A stretch of DNA of 64,000 bases from Gemmatimonas sp. (GTDB lineage Bacteria > Gemmatimonadota > Gemmatimonadetes > Gemmatimonadales > Gemmatimonadaceae), in NCBI GenBank assembly GCA_965279375.1, contig OZ257156.1, forward strand, positions 4,256,001 through 4,320,000. The letters run 5' to 3'. The translations under genes were made by a program, and so were the position numbers. Positions 37,942-48,501 of the stretch are shown piece after piece; position 1 is the stretch's first letter; each line of letters starts with the position of its first letter. The notes under the pieces are model-generated. The model was not told the origin of the DNA. It saw only the letters and a program-made list of their open reading frames with translations, and made no database searches.

Positions 37942-40113
37942 CACCACCACGACCGCCGCGCCGACCACGGAGCCGCTGCGTCCGCCGTCGCAGGGCCCGG
38001 CACGCTATCTCGTCGTCGTCACCGAAGTCCGCGACATCGAGTACCACGAGCAGAACTACATCCCGAATGGCAAGGAGGGTGACCGCGTTGTCTACGGGCA
38101 CGTCACCACGTGCAAGCGCGACCGACAGTCCCGTGAGATCTTCAAGAGCGAGTTCACCAAGCGTCCCTCGATTGCCGCGCTCGCGACCCTGATCGAAGGC
38201 GGTGCGTCGTGAGCGCGCTCCGGGCGATGCGGAAATACGCGCTCACGTTCTCGACGGATGGGCGCACCACAACCTACATCACGCCCGAACGCGTCCAGGC
38301 GGCGCTCGACCTGGGCGAACCGCCGATCGTCGTCGCGGTCGATGTGCTCGGGATCATCGCGAAGCAGGGCGACGTCGGCATCGAAGATCCGTCGCTCTGC
38401 GCGTTCACGGCGTGGCAGGCACTGAACGGAGGACGCGCATGAACGACGGACTCCGCGTGACGCCCGCGGCGGTTCTGGCTGCGGCGAACGGCGACCTAGA
38501 GAACATGCTGGCCGCGATGACGCCGGGTGGCATTGAACGGCAGGAAGCGCAGGGGCAGGCGAAGTTCGTCGCGAGCGAGACGCTCCCGATTGAGTGCAAG
38601 AACGTCTCGCGTGACGCGATGATCGCGCTGGGCTTCGTGTTCGGCCCGCCGGTGGACGATCTGTTCGTGAGCTGCACGCTGCCGCCGGGCTGGACGAAGC
38701 GGGCGACGGAACACGCGATGTGGTCGGAGCTGCTCGACGCGCAGGGGCGCACGCGCGCCTCGATGTTCTACAAGGCCGCGTTCTACGACCGTGCCGCGTT
38801 CATGCGATTCGACAGCCGCTACCGCCTTGAGTCCTACGCCGAGGGCTCCACGGACGACATGCGGGCATGTCTCGTACGAGACGGCAACACCGTGCTCAAG
38901 CTGTTCGGCGAGCGCGCGTCTCGCGACTACGAGGTGGGCGAAAAGCTCGAGGCCGAAGGGTTGGCGTGGATCACGGAGCGCTTCCCAAACTGGCGCGACC
39001 CGCTGGCCTACTGGGAGGAGGCATGAGCGCGATCGTCAGTATGGCGGAGCGAGCGCCGATCACGCGCGACGAAATGCTCGCAGCATACGACAGGCTGCAA
39101 CGCATCAATGATGTCACGGTGTCCGACGACGAACTGAAGGACCTCGAGACAATCGTGCTCGCCTCCGAAGACTTGGGTGTGGTGAACATCACCTACTCAA
39201 TCGTGTCGAAGCGCGCCCAGAAGGCCGACCCTGATCTGCACTATGCCACGGATGTTCGGCACGTTTCGCGCTTTCAGGAGTCTGCCGGGCACATCGTCAT
39301 TCGGCTCGCGCGAGAGATCCGGAAGCTGCGCGCGGGTGGTGCGTCATGAGCGCCGTGACTGCAACCGACGCAGCCACCGAGGCGTTCGTGCTGGTCCGGT
39401 GTGCCGAGCACGCGCACGTGACGTCAGAGACTGCCGTGCGCGATCTCCAGCGGCAGCTTCCCGCGCAGCACCACGAAGACGCGCGGTCATCGAAGTGGCG
39501 TCGCGGTTACTCGGCTGGGTACCTCGCGCTGCAGGATGGTCTCGAGTCGCTCCTCAAGGACCTGCGCGACACGCAGCTGCGCTTGAGCCACAAAGAGAAG
39601 GCGGTGGAGAGCCTGCACGAGGTGGCGGAGGGTCTGCGCGCCGAACTCGCGGACGTGGATCGCACGCTCGGCAACGTCGCGGCCTTCGATGCCTGTACGA
39701 CGCGCGTGGAGAAAATCGCGCTGGCAATGGCGACGGCGAAGCGTGCCGACGAGGGGGAACATGCGAATGCGCTTCTCACCGCGGAGGTCGAGCGGCTGAC
39801 TAAGCGGTTCTCCGAAGTCACCGAAGCAAGTGCCACCGGTGCTGATACGATTCGAGAGCTGCGTCAGCAGGTCGAGACACTCACCCAGGAGCGCACGAAG
39901 GCGCGCGAGCAGCGCAACGACGCGCGAAAGCTCGTGGAGGAGCTGCAGGACAATCTGGCGGGACGCGTCCTGTCGCCGACGCAGCCGTTGACCTTGGCTA
40001 AGTGGATCGAGATGGGCACGAAGACGTTCGGTTGGCGCACAGAGATGCGTCAGGTGAACAGCTACACGCAATGCACGGTTCTTGTCTCGCCCCATGAGGT
40101 GCGCCCGTCATGA
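37934..40113 (+). CDS. Five coupled hypothetical ORFs (37934-38212, 38209-38442, 38439-39026, 39023-39349, 39346-40113 coiled-coil)
   Basis: Consecutive overlapping starts and stops, most with RBS. Confidence 0.6.
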
Positions 40114-40466
40114 TCGCACTCTCGATCCGGCAGCCGTGGGCGTGGCTCATCGTCAACGGTCACAAGGATATCGAAAACCGCTCGTGGTCGACGAAGGTAC
40201 GCGGCCGCGTGCTGATCCATGCTGGAAAGATGGTCGACACGGACGGGTACAACTTCGTGTGTCGGGAATTTCCACACATCGCCCTGCCGACGACATTCGA
40301 TGTCGGCGGAGTGGTCGGCGAGGCGCATATCACGGACTGCGTGCGAGAGAGCACCTCACCATGGTTCATTCGCGAGTACGGCTTCGTCTTGAAGGACGCC
40401 AAGCCGCTGCCCTTTTTCGGAATGCGCGGCCGGCTCGGCTTCTTCGTGCCTGAGGCGACGAAATGA
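40110..40466 (+). CDS. ASCH domain protein
   Basis: ALSIRQPWAWLIVNGHKDIENRSW (GxKxxExR). Confidence 0.92.
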   Translation: MIALSIRQPWAWLIVNGHKDIENRSWSTKVRGRVLIHAGKMVDTDGYNFVCREFPHIALPTTFDVGGVVGEAHITDCVRESTSPWFIREYGFVLKDAKPLPFFGMRGRLGFFVPEATK

Positions 40467-42648
40467 AGCCCGTGCACCCCGGCGCCGAGTTCGCCGAGCA
40501 CGTGGAGATCCATGGCGAAGAGCAGCTCGACTCATCGCCGCTGCCGGTCTTTCACGGGCTGATGGGCACGGAGCAGCGCGATGTCTACATCACCCGCTGG
40601 ACCTTCACCGCAGAGGAGCGGGCGCGCATCGCGGCCGGCGAAGATGTCGCGCTGCTGTCCTGGGACATGGTCCCGCGGCATTGCCTGAGCCTCTTCGTGG
40701 ACGCCATCGGTTCGCCGGAGCGTGGCTGATGCGCACGCGCGACGTGAAGCTGTACTACTGCGACCACTGCAAGAAGAAGGGCATGGTTCGCTGGCGCATG
40801 GCTAAGCACGAACAAGGCTGCACGGCCAACCCGACGCGCGCCTGTGGCGTCTGCGGCACGGCGAGCACCGACGTCGCCGAAAACGTCGCCGTGTTGGCCG
40901 CTGCTGGCCTCGAGGCGCTGCGCATCGCGGTCGGGACGTGTCCCGCCTGTATGCTCGCCGCCGTCCGCAGCTACATGCGTGGGCACTACGAACGAGCGCT
41001 GGAGCGCGAACGCGCTGCGCCGCCGCGACCGATCGACGCACTCGACGTCTGGCACGACGATGCGCCAGCGGATCCGATCATGGAGGCGTGCACGAAGTGG
41101 GACTACAAAGCCGAACGCTCGGCCTACTGGCGCGAGCGCAACGAAGAGAGCGCTTTCGCTATGGGAGGGCTGTACTGAATGATCGCCGCACTGCAATTCT
41201 GGCTCGCCAAAATCCTCGTCGAGGTCGGCCTCTGGGTCGTGTTCGTCGGCGCTGTGGTGCTGGTGATCTTCGGACCAGTGGTGCTCGGCGCCCGTCGTGA
41301 TGCCAAAGAGCGTGCGGATCAGCTGCGCGCCAAGCGCGAGCAGGAGACCGCCTCGTGAGCACCTTCGAACAGGACGTCACCCAGGCGCTGCAGGCCTCGA
41401 TCCTCGCGACCGTCCGGAAGGCGGACTTCGTGCGGATCGACTACGAGCAGCGTCCCCGGATCGATGCCGCCCTCATGGCGGAGGCGTACCAGCGCGTCGA
41501 TCGCGCCCGAGTCCGCGAAGAGCTGACGCGAATCATCGAGACCCGGATGGCCGACGCGATCTGGAACGCGATGGCCAGCGAACTCGCCACCGACATGAAG
41601 AAGGTGCTGTCGGACAACGACATGCGGGCGGAGATCCGCGTCTATCTGCGTGAACGGATGCGCGGTCTGGCGGCAGCGCTGGCGGAGCCGATCGTATGAG
41701 CACGACCGCGAACGGCACCGCGCTCACCGTTGCCGGCGTGCACTACGTGCGCGTGGGCGACGGCTGGCGCTGCACCGGCGGCGCACGCGACTTCGCGATG
41801 GGGCCGCGCACCAACGCCATGCTGGATCGGATCGCCGCCGATGCGGAGCGCCTCGCGGCGACGGAACCGGATGCCGCGCGGTGGCGTGCGCTCGCTGGAA
41901 GCGAGAACGGGAAGGAGGCGCTGCACAACTGTGAGTGCTTCGAGTCTCCGACACAGTGTATCGGCGCAAGCCTGACCGGCGATGATGGGAGGCACTTCCA
42001 CGGCTGCCTGAACTGCCACCGCGTGATGTTCAACGATATGGGTGGCAATCCCCTGGCAGCACGGATGCGAATGGTCGTCACCGACGTGACCACACAGGGT
42101 CAGGTCCCCGTATGAGCGAGAACGCGAACGCTATCGAGCTGCTCCGTGTGAACGTTGCGCAGAGCAAGGAGATTCAGCGCGCACGCCCGGCGACCACGGA
42201 TCTCCTGCACCCTGTGAGCATCGAGCAGGCCGAGGCGGCGCTCGCGCGGCTGGCCGATGCGGAGCGTGCTGCGGAGGCCGCGAAGTCGCGCGCACGCCGC
42301 GCCTGTCAGCACATCGTGGCCGAGATCGGCGCCGATGGACCGCTCGACGTCGATCAAGCAGCGGAGCGCATCGTGAAGGAGCTGCGGCTGCTCCGTCGAC
42401 ACACTGCCGGCGTCACGATCGACCGAACACCGGACGGCGGGATGCTCGAAGTCCGGTTCACGATCTCGAAGCGAGAGCTCCGGACGCGCGGACCGAACGC
42501 GTTGGAACATGCGATCCAGTATTGCCGCGACGCCTTCCGGAAATGGATGGAGGACGATGCCAAGGACAGCGCAGTCGACCGGGCGCGCGCCCTGAACACC
42601 GCCTTGGCGGACGCAGCACGCACGAAGGGGAGGACGCACCATGGGTAA
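40463..42648 (+). CDS. Six coupled hypothetical ORFs (40463-40729, 40729-41178 multi-CxxC, 41179-41358 TM, 41355-41699, 41696-42115, 42112-42648)
   Basis: Consecutive coupled ORFs. Confidence 0.6.
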
Positions 42649-43228
42649 GGTCGGCGTCGGGATGCCGCACGCACTCCTCCTCGAGGCGTTCGGAGAACAG
42701 GTATACGCGGCGTTCGGCGAGGTGCCGTATCAGGTCGGCTCGTCGCTCACCACGACCGCCTGGCGTGACGTGGACGTGCGGCTCATGCTGGACGACGACG
42801 CCTACGCGGCGATGGGCTTCGGTGACCCTGATCGGCCGCACAGCAACATGAAGTGGGTGGCCTACACGCTCGCGTTCTCGGCGCTCGGCAAGCAGATGAC
42901 CGGCCTGCCGATCGACTTCCAGATCCAGCAGACCTCGCACGCCAACGCAAAGAACGACGGCGGTCGGTCCGCGTTGGGGATTCGATCTGCGATGGCGAAA
43001 CGCGCCGCACAGGACGACCCCGCGCCAGCCCCAACCACGCAGCCGCCCATCGACGCCGGCGTGCTCTGGGCGTTCCTGCGCGGCGTCCTGCTGGCCGGCG
43101 TCGACATCTACGAGCGCACCGAGATCGCGGCCGGAATGACGGAGCGGATCAGTGCTGCGATCGACGCAAAGGCCAGCGAATTCACGGAGGCCTTCCTGGC
43201 CAAGCTCCCCGAGACAGCCCATGTCTAA
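42641..43228 (+). CDS. Putative Pol-beta-superfamily nucleotidyltransferase
   Basis: VGSSL-x7-DVDVR plus a third acid in PIDFQ. Confidence 0.55.
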   Translation: MGKVGVGMPHALLLEAFGEQVYAAFGEVPYQVGSSLTTTAWRDVDVRLMLDDDAYAAMGFGDPDRPHSNMKWVAYTLAFSALGKQMTGLPIDFQIQQTSHANAKNDGGRSALGIRSAMAKRAAQDDPAPAPTTQPPIDAGVLWAFLRGVLLAGVDIYERTEIAAGMTERISAAIDAKASEFTEAFLAKLPETAHV

Positions 43229-44428
43229 GCCAGCGCGCGAGGCGTCCGCGCGAGACGCGGTGATGCAGTTCGCCGACGGTGTACGCACGCTCACGCGAGA
43301 GCACAACAATCGTCCGCGCACCCCGGACAACGCGGCGGAGGAACTACGCGCCTTCGCGGCGCTGGCCGGCCCGTTGATCGAACGTCTCCAAGTAGCGGAG
43401 GAGGTACTGTTCTGGGCGCTCAAGCTCGGCCCAGACGTGCGTGTGGTGTTCTATGAGCTGCGTCGCGGATGCCACGCGGTCAGTGGCTGCAACCTGATCG
43501 GGCTGAAGTTCGCCGTTCGGGATGCCCGGAATTCGTCGTCGTCACGCCTTGCGCAATTGGACCGGGAGCGGGCTCCTCATGCCACGACTGACGGCACCAA
43601 TGCCTAGCACACTGCCGCCGCTTTCCACGCTCCGCACCCTGACGCAACACGTCGAGACGGCCGCGGCCGCGCTCCGCGAGATCATCCGGCAGCATGACAT
43701 CGCCGCCGGCGACGGACCACACGACGCGGCGCTCTCGCAGCGCCGATTCACCACGGCCTGCGCACGTATCACCCAGGCGCACGGGATGCTGACGCCAACC
43801 CCCACGCCACCACCACGAGGTCCGAAACCATGAGCAACGCCATTCGCACGGCTCCGTACGTGTATCAGCCGTTTGGCTCGGTGACGCATCGAAACCGCGC
43901 CGCGACGGGACGGCTGTTCGCCATCGGAGGACTGCACGCGCAGACGCGCATCGAAGGCCTCACGCGCGAGGAGGCTGATGCGATCGTGGTCGCCTTGGCC
44001 GGCGTGCCCCCGTGTGAGGACGCGCCACGATGACGACGCCTCCCAAAGTCCCCGACACCGAGCGCCCGGACATCCCCGTCGGCCGCCATATCGTGCGCTG
44101 GCTGCGACCCGTGAACGACGACACGGTCCGGTTTCAGTTGCTGCGGAACACGCGTACGGGCGTGCTGTGGTGCCGCGCGCAGTGCTTCCCGTCGTGCACG
44201 AACGTGCTGATGTACACCGATATCCCGGCACCCGAGGACGAGGAGGGCGAGGTCCATCTCACCGAGGCGGCCCTCGACGCGGCCGAGCGGCAACTCCTCG
44301 GCGAAGTGGAGACGTTCCTTCGCGACTACCCCGAGCTCGACGTTCGACTCCATCCAAAGATCCGGTATCAGACACCGCTCCCCGGATCCGACACCGATGC
44401 ACAACCCGTCGTATCACCCCATCACTGA
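43221..44428 (+). CDS. Four coupled hypothetical ORFs (43221-43607, 43600-43833, 43830-44033, 44030-44428)
   Basis: Overlapping starts and stops. Confidence 0.55.
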
Positions 44429-44454
44429 TACGCTGTCCCCGACAACCAGACCCC

Positions 44455-45051
44455 ATGCGAAAAATCCCCACGCTTTTTGCCCGCAATCACAACGGCGACA
44501 AGCAAGTCCGCAACGAAGTCACGCCCGGCTGTGAATGGGTGCTGGCCGGCGAAGGCACCGCCACGCGCAAGTACGACGGACTCGCCATCCTGATCCGCGA
44601 TGGGCAGGTCTTCAAGCGCTACGACGCGAAGCCAGGGCGTACGCCGCCGCCGGCCTTCGAGCCCTGCGACCCTGCACCGGATCCGGTGAGCGGCCACTGG
44701 CCCGGCTGGGTGCCGATCGACGAGCGCGCCGATGGGATCATCCTGGAGGGACTGCGGTTCTGGCGTCTCGCGCACAGCGCGGAGCCAGCGAACGGCACCT
44801 ATGAGGTCTGCTCGCCCAAGATCGGCACCCGTGGTGGGGCAGACCCCGAACGGTTGCCATGGACCATCATGGTGCGACACGGCGCCCTCGAGCTCGAGGA
44901 CATGCCCCGCAGCTTCGAGGGCATCCGCGCCGCGCTCGATGGGGCGCGCATCGAAGGTATCGTCTTCCATCACCCGGACGGCCGCATGGCGAAGATCAAG
45001 ACGAAGGACTTCGGCCTGGTCGTGCATCCTGTCGAGGCGCTGACCGCATGA
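44455..45051 (+). CDS. Minimal ATP-dependent RNA-ligase-like protein (DUF5565-like)
   Basis: Motif I RKYDG, motif III TYE, motif IV EGIVF, motif V AKIK; 198 aa. Confidence 0.75.
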   Translation: MRKIPTLFARNHNGDKQVRNEVTPGCEWVLAGEGTATRKYDGLAILIRDGQVFKRYDAKPGRTPPPAFEPCDPAPDPVSGHWPGWVPIDERADGIILEGLRFWRLAHSAEPANGTYEVCSPKIGTRGGADPERLPWTIMVRHGALELEDMPRSFEGIRAALDGARIEGIVFHHPDGRMAKIKTKDFGLVVHPVEALTA

Positions 45052-46291
45052 CGGTCACCGTCCAGGTCAACGGGACCAGGCACGGATGCGGCGGCTGTCG
45101 GTGGTGGTGCCCCAAAGCCGAGGCGAGCCTCGTGCGCAAAGGCGAGTGCCGTGCGGCCCCGCCGCAACTCCGCACCGATCCGCAGGACGCCGTCTGGCCC
45201 CTGACGGTCGAAGATGAGTGGTGCGGACACTTTCAACTCCCCGTGCAATGAACGGCCCCGATCTCACCGCCGGACCCGTCTGCTGTCGCGACTGCGGACA
45301 GCCGGTCAAGATCGTCTGTGATGCACACGGCACCGACTGTGTGCTCGATCTCCGACCGCTGCCCCCGCAGGCCACCGCGATCCGGACCGCGACCACCCGA
45401 GAGATCCGGGCCGCACAGGTTGCGATCAAGGACGGCACCCATCGTCGCCTCGGCGTAGCTCGCGCCCGGGTCCTCGAGGTCATCAGTCCGGATCCCGAGC
45501 GACCGACCACCACGGGCCAAGTCGCGGATCTCCTCGGGATGAAAATGCCGAACGCCAGCTTCCAGCTCGCCGAATTGGTTCGCATGGGGCTGGCCTTGCG
45601 CATTCGGCACGTCCACTATGCACGTGTCCCGCACCGTCCAGCGTAGCCGTGACCACCACACCACACGCCGAGGTCCTGATGGTACCGCCCCTCCGCCGAA
45701 GGAAGGACGCGACGGAACCCACGCCCATGCCCTTCACGCCTGATCGTGTCGCTGATGCCTTTACGACCACGACCGGCGACATCCAGCGCACCGCGGCGGA
45801 CATCGCCGCCTGCATTCGCCACGCCTGCACGCCGGGCTGGGCCGTAACGCACAACGACCTGATTCGCGTCCGGCGCATTCTTCGGCTGCTGGTCGCCGAT
45901 GGTCGCGCCCACCGCGTCGGGACCAAGCCCGCTGAACCCGGGCAGTCCCGACCGACCGGGCGACAGCCGATGCTGTGGGCGCGCGGACGTGGCTGATGAG
46001 ACCACCACGCCGCTGCGCTCTGGCCAGTATGTCGACACCGGCATGGGGGGCACGCGTCGTCGACTTACGCTCGAGGAAGCCGAAGCGGGCTGCTTACCCA
46101 TCCCGTTCACGCAGGAGGAGTGGGCACGGCTCTACTGCGCCTCGGAGGGCCTTACCGTGCCCGCAGATCTCCATGTGCGGCGTGTGAACGCGCACGAGGT
46201 GGAGATCACGTCGCCGAGGACGACGCAGCGGAAGCGTCTGCTGCGGATCTGCGCGCGACCTCGGATGATCCGGCGGGCTGAGCTCCTGTGA
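45048..46291 (+). CDS. Four small ORFs (45048-45251 Cys-rich, 45248-45646 Zn-finger plus wHTH, 45649-45996, 45989-46291)
   Basis: Coupled ORFs; TTGQVADLLG...ASFQLAELVRMG in the second. Confidence 0.55.
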
Positions 46292-46872
46292 CGCCGCGCA
46301 AGCAGGCGTCCACGAAGGCCACCGCCAAGACGCGAAAGGTGTCGTCGGTCGGCAAGAAGCGCACAGCGAAGGCCCGTGCAGCGGAGAAGACCTCCGCCCC
46401 CACGGTGCCGGTGAAGCGTGGGCGTCCGCCGAAAATACCCAGCGCAGAGCAGCTGGGCGTCGTGGAGCGACTGGCCGCTATGGGCCTGACGTATGAAGAA
46501 ATGGCCTACGCGATCAACATCGACATCAAGACGTTCCGCGCCCATCGCGACGCGCACTTTCTCCCCGCGATTCAAAAGGGCAAAGTCCGCGGCAAGATTA
46601 CGAGCGGCGCCTCCCTGATGCGCGAGGTCAACAAGGGCAATCTCGGCGCGATTGTCTGGTACGAGAAGACGCGGCACGGCATGACCGAGAAGGTCCACAC
46701 CGTGCTGAGTAACCCCGAGGGCGGTCCTGTCGAGTCGCATGTGCACCACTCCGGTGCGGTCGCGATCGGCCTGTTCCTGCCTCCGAACGGACGCGATGTC
46801 CCGGCGAGCGGCCAAGTGTTTCCGCCGGAGCTCACGCTGCCGAGCAACTCCCGGGAGATCACGTCTCCCTGA
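46288..46872 (+). CDS. terS: Terminase small subunit
   Basis: GRPP, HTH (VERLAAMGLTYEEMAYAINI), AIQKGK and GNLGAIVWYEKTR; position upstream of TerL. Confidence 0.75.
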   Translation: MTPRKQASTKATAKTRKVSSVGKKRTAKARAAEKTSAPTVPVKRGRPPKIPSAEQLGVVERLAAMGLTYEEMAYAINIDIKTFRAHRDAHFLPAIQKGKVRGKITSGASLMREVNKGNLGAIVWYEKTRHGMTEKVHTVLSNPEGGPVESHVHHSGAVAIGLFLPPNGRDVPASGQVFPPELTLPSNSREITSP

Positions 46873-46908
46873 TGGTTACCACACCACGGTTCACCACCCG
46901 AGGATTCT

Positions 46909-48237
46909 GTGCGACTTGACCCGTACCAGGCGCGAGCCCGCGAGCTCTGCGCCGCTGATGGCCACGACCCCGATGCGCGCGTCGGCGAAGGACGCGGCCA
47001 GCCGATGTGGTGTCGCTACCGCGATGCCGCGCGCGCTGAGCATGTCGCGACCGAAGCCGCGGCGCTGACCGCCACCCTGCCGCCGCAAGGCGAGGCCTTC
47101 GCGAACGCGCCGCTCACTGTCTTGGGCGAGCACGACGCCAACACCATCACGCAGATGCAGAACTGTCTCCGCATCGGCAACACGGTGGCGGGCGTGATCT
47201 GCGCGGACGGGCACCTTGGCTATGCGCAGCCCGTTGGTGGCGTGATCGCCTACGAGGGACAGGTCTCGATCTCAGGCGTAGGCTTCGACATCGGCTGCGG
47301 CAACATGGCTGTGAAGCTCGACGTCCCCTTCACCGCCGTGCAGGACAAGGCGCTCGATCTCGCGCGCGAGATTGCGCGCGTCGTGTCATTCGGCGTGGGC
47401 CGCACCAACGACGAGCGCGTCGAGCACGATCTATTCGACGACAGCGAGGAGTGGGACGCGTCGGGAATGCTCGACTACCGCCAGAAGGCGCGCGCGCAGC
47501 TCGGCACCGTCGGCAGCGGGAACCACTACGTCGATCTGATGCGCGATGAATCCGGCTTCGTCTGGATCGGCGTGCACTTCGGGTCGCGTGGCTTGGGGCA
47601 CACGAGCGCGACGCGCTATCTCAAGCTCGCCGGCGGCGTCGATGGCATGAACGTGCCGCCGGCCGTCGTGACCGAGTCAAGCGAGATCGGGGCGCGCTAC
47701 CTCGCCGCGATGGATCTGGCCGGCCGCTACGCCTACGCGGGGCGCGAGTGGGTCGTGGAGCGCGTGCGGCAGATCGTCGGTGGCTCCGTGCTCGACCGCG
47801 TGCACAACCACCACAACTACGCCTGGAAGGAGACACACGGCGGGCGTGACGTGTGGGTCGTGCGGAAGGGCGCGACGCCGGCGTTTCCGGGGCAGCGTGG
47901 ATTCGTTGGCGGCAGCATGGGCGACGACTGCGTCATCCTAGAAGGCGTCGAGAGCCCGCAGAGCGCGTCGGCGCTGTACTCGACAGTGCACGGCGCCGGG
48001 CGTCTCTTTGGTCGGAAGGAAGCCATTCGCCGATTCACGCGCGCCGAGATGGACGCGTGGCTGGTCGAGCGTGGCGTCACACTGCTCGGCGCGGGACTCG
48101 ATGAGAGCCCGATGGCGTATCGTCGACTACCGGACGTGCTGGCGCATCACGCCGGCACGGTGGTGGTGCGGCACACGCTGACGCCGTTCGTGGTCGTGAT
48201 GGCCGGCGATGGTGAAGTAGATCCGTTCAAGGACTAA
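46909..48237 (+). CDS. rtcB: RtcB family RNA ligase with N-terminal extension
   Basis: DGHLG, GFDIGCG, LGTVGSGNHY, HFGSRG, HHN, RKGA, GSM, HGAGR and DESPMAY motifs. Confidence 0.95.
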   Translation: MRLDPYQARARELCAADGHDPDARVGEGRGQPMWCRYRDAARAEHVATEAAALTATLPPQGEAFANAPLTVLGEHDANTITQMQNCLRIGNTVAGVICADGHLGYAQPVGGVIAYEGQVSISGVGFDIGCGNMAVKLDVPFTAVQDKALDLAREIARVVSFGVGRTNDERVEHDLFDDSEEWDASGMLDYRQKARAQLGTVGSGNHYVDLMRDESGFVWIGVHFGSRGLGHTSATRYLKLAGGVDGMNVPPAVVTESSEIGARYLAAMDLAGRYAYAGREWVVERVRQIVGGSVLDRVHNHHNYAWKETHGGRDVWVVRKGATPAFPGQRGFVGGSMGDDCVILEGVESPQSASALYSTVHGAGRLFGRKEAIRRFTRAEMDAWLVERGVTLLGAGLDESPMAYRRLPDVLAHHAGTVVVRHTLTPFVVVMAGDGEVDPFKD

Positions 48238-48255
48238 CCAGCGCACCGAGGCCCA

Positions 48256-48501
48256 ATGCACAAGACAGTTCCGAGCATCGCCGGTAGTACGTCCATCACC
48301 GTCGGTGCGTGCGATCTCCAACGCGGCCGTGTCGTGTCGTGGAGCGGTGGCACGCCACACCGGATCGTCAACGTGAACGACCTGACACTCACCGTGCGGC
48401 CCTGCCATCACTGGCGCTGGGTGGAGGCGCTGCACTCCCTGCTCGAGCAGTGGGTCGTGTACCCGTGGCGCGATTGGCGCGCCCGGACCCGTCGTCGGTA
48501 G
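48256..48501 (+). CDS. Small hypothetical protein
   Basis: CCGAGG RBS; abuts the TerL start. Confidence 0.5.
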   Translation: MHKTVPSIAGSTSITVGACDLQRGRVVSWSGGTPHRIVNVNDLTLTVRPCHHWRWVEALHSLLEQWVVYPWRDWRARTRRR

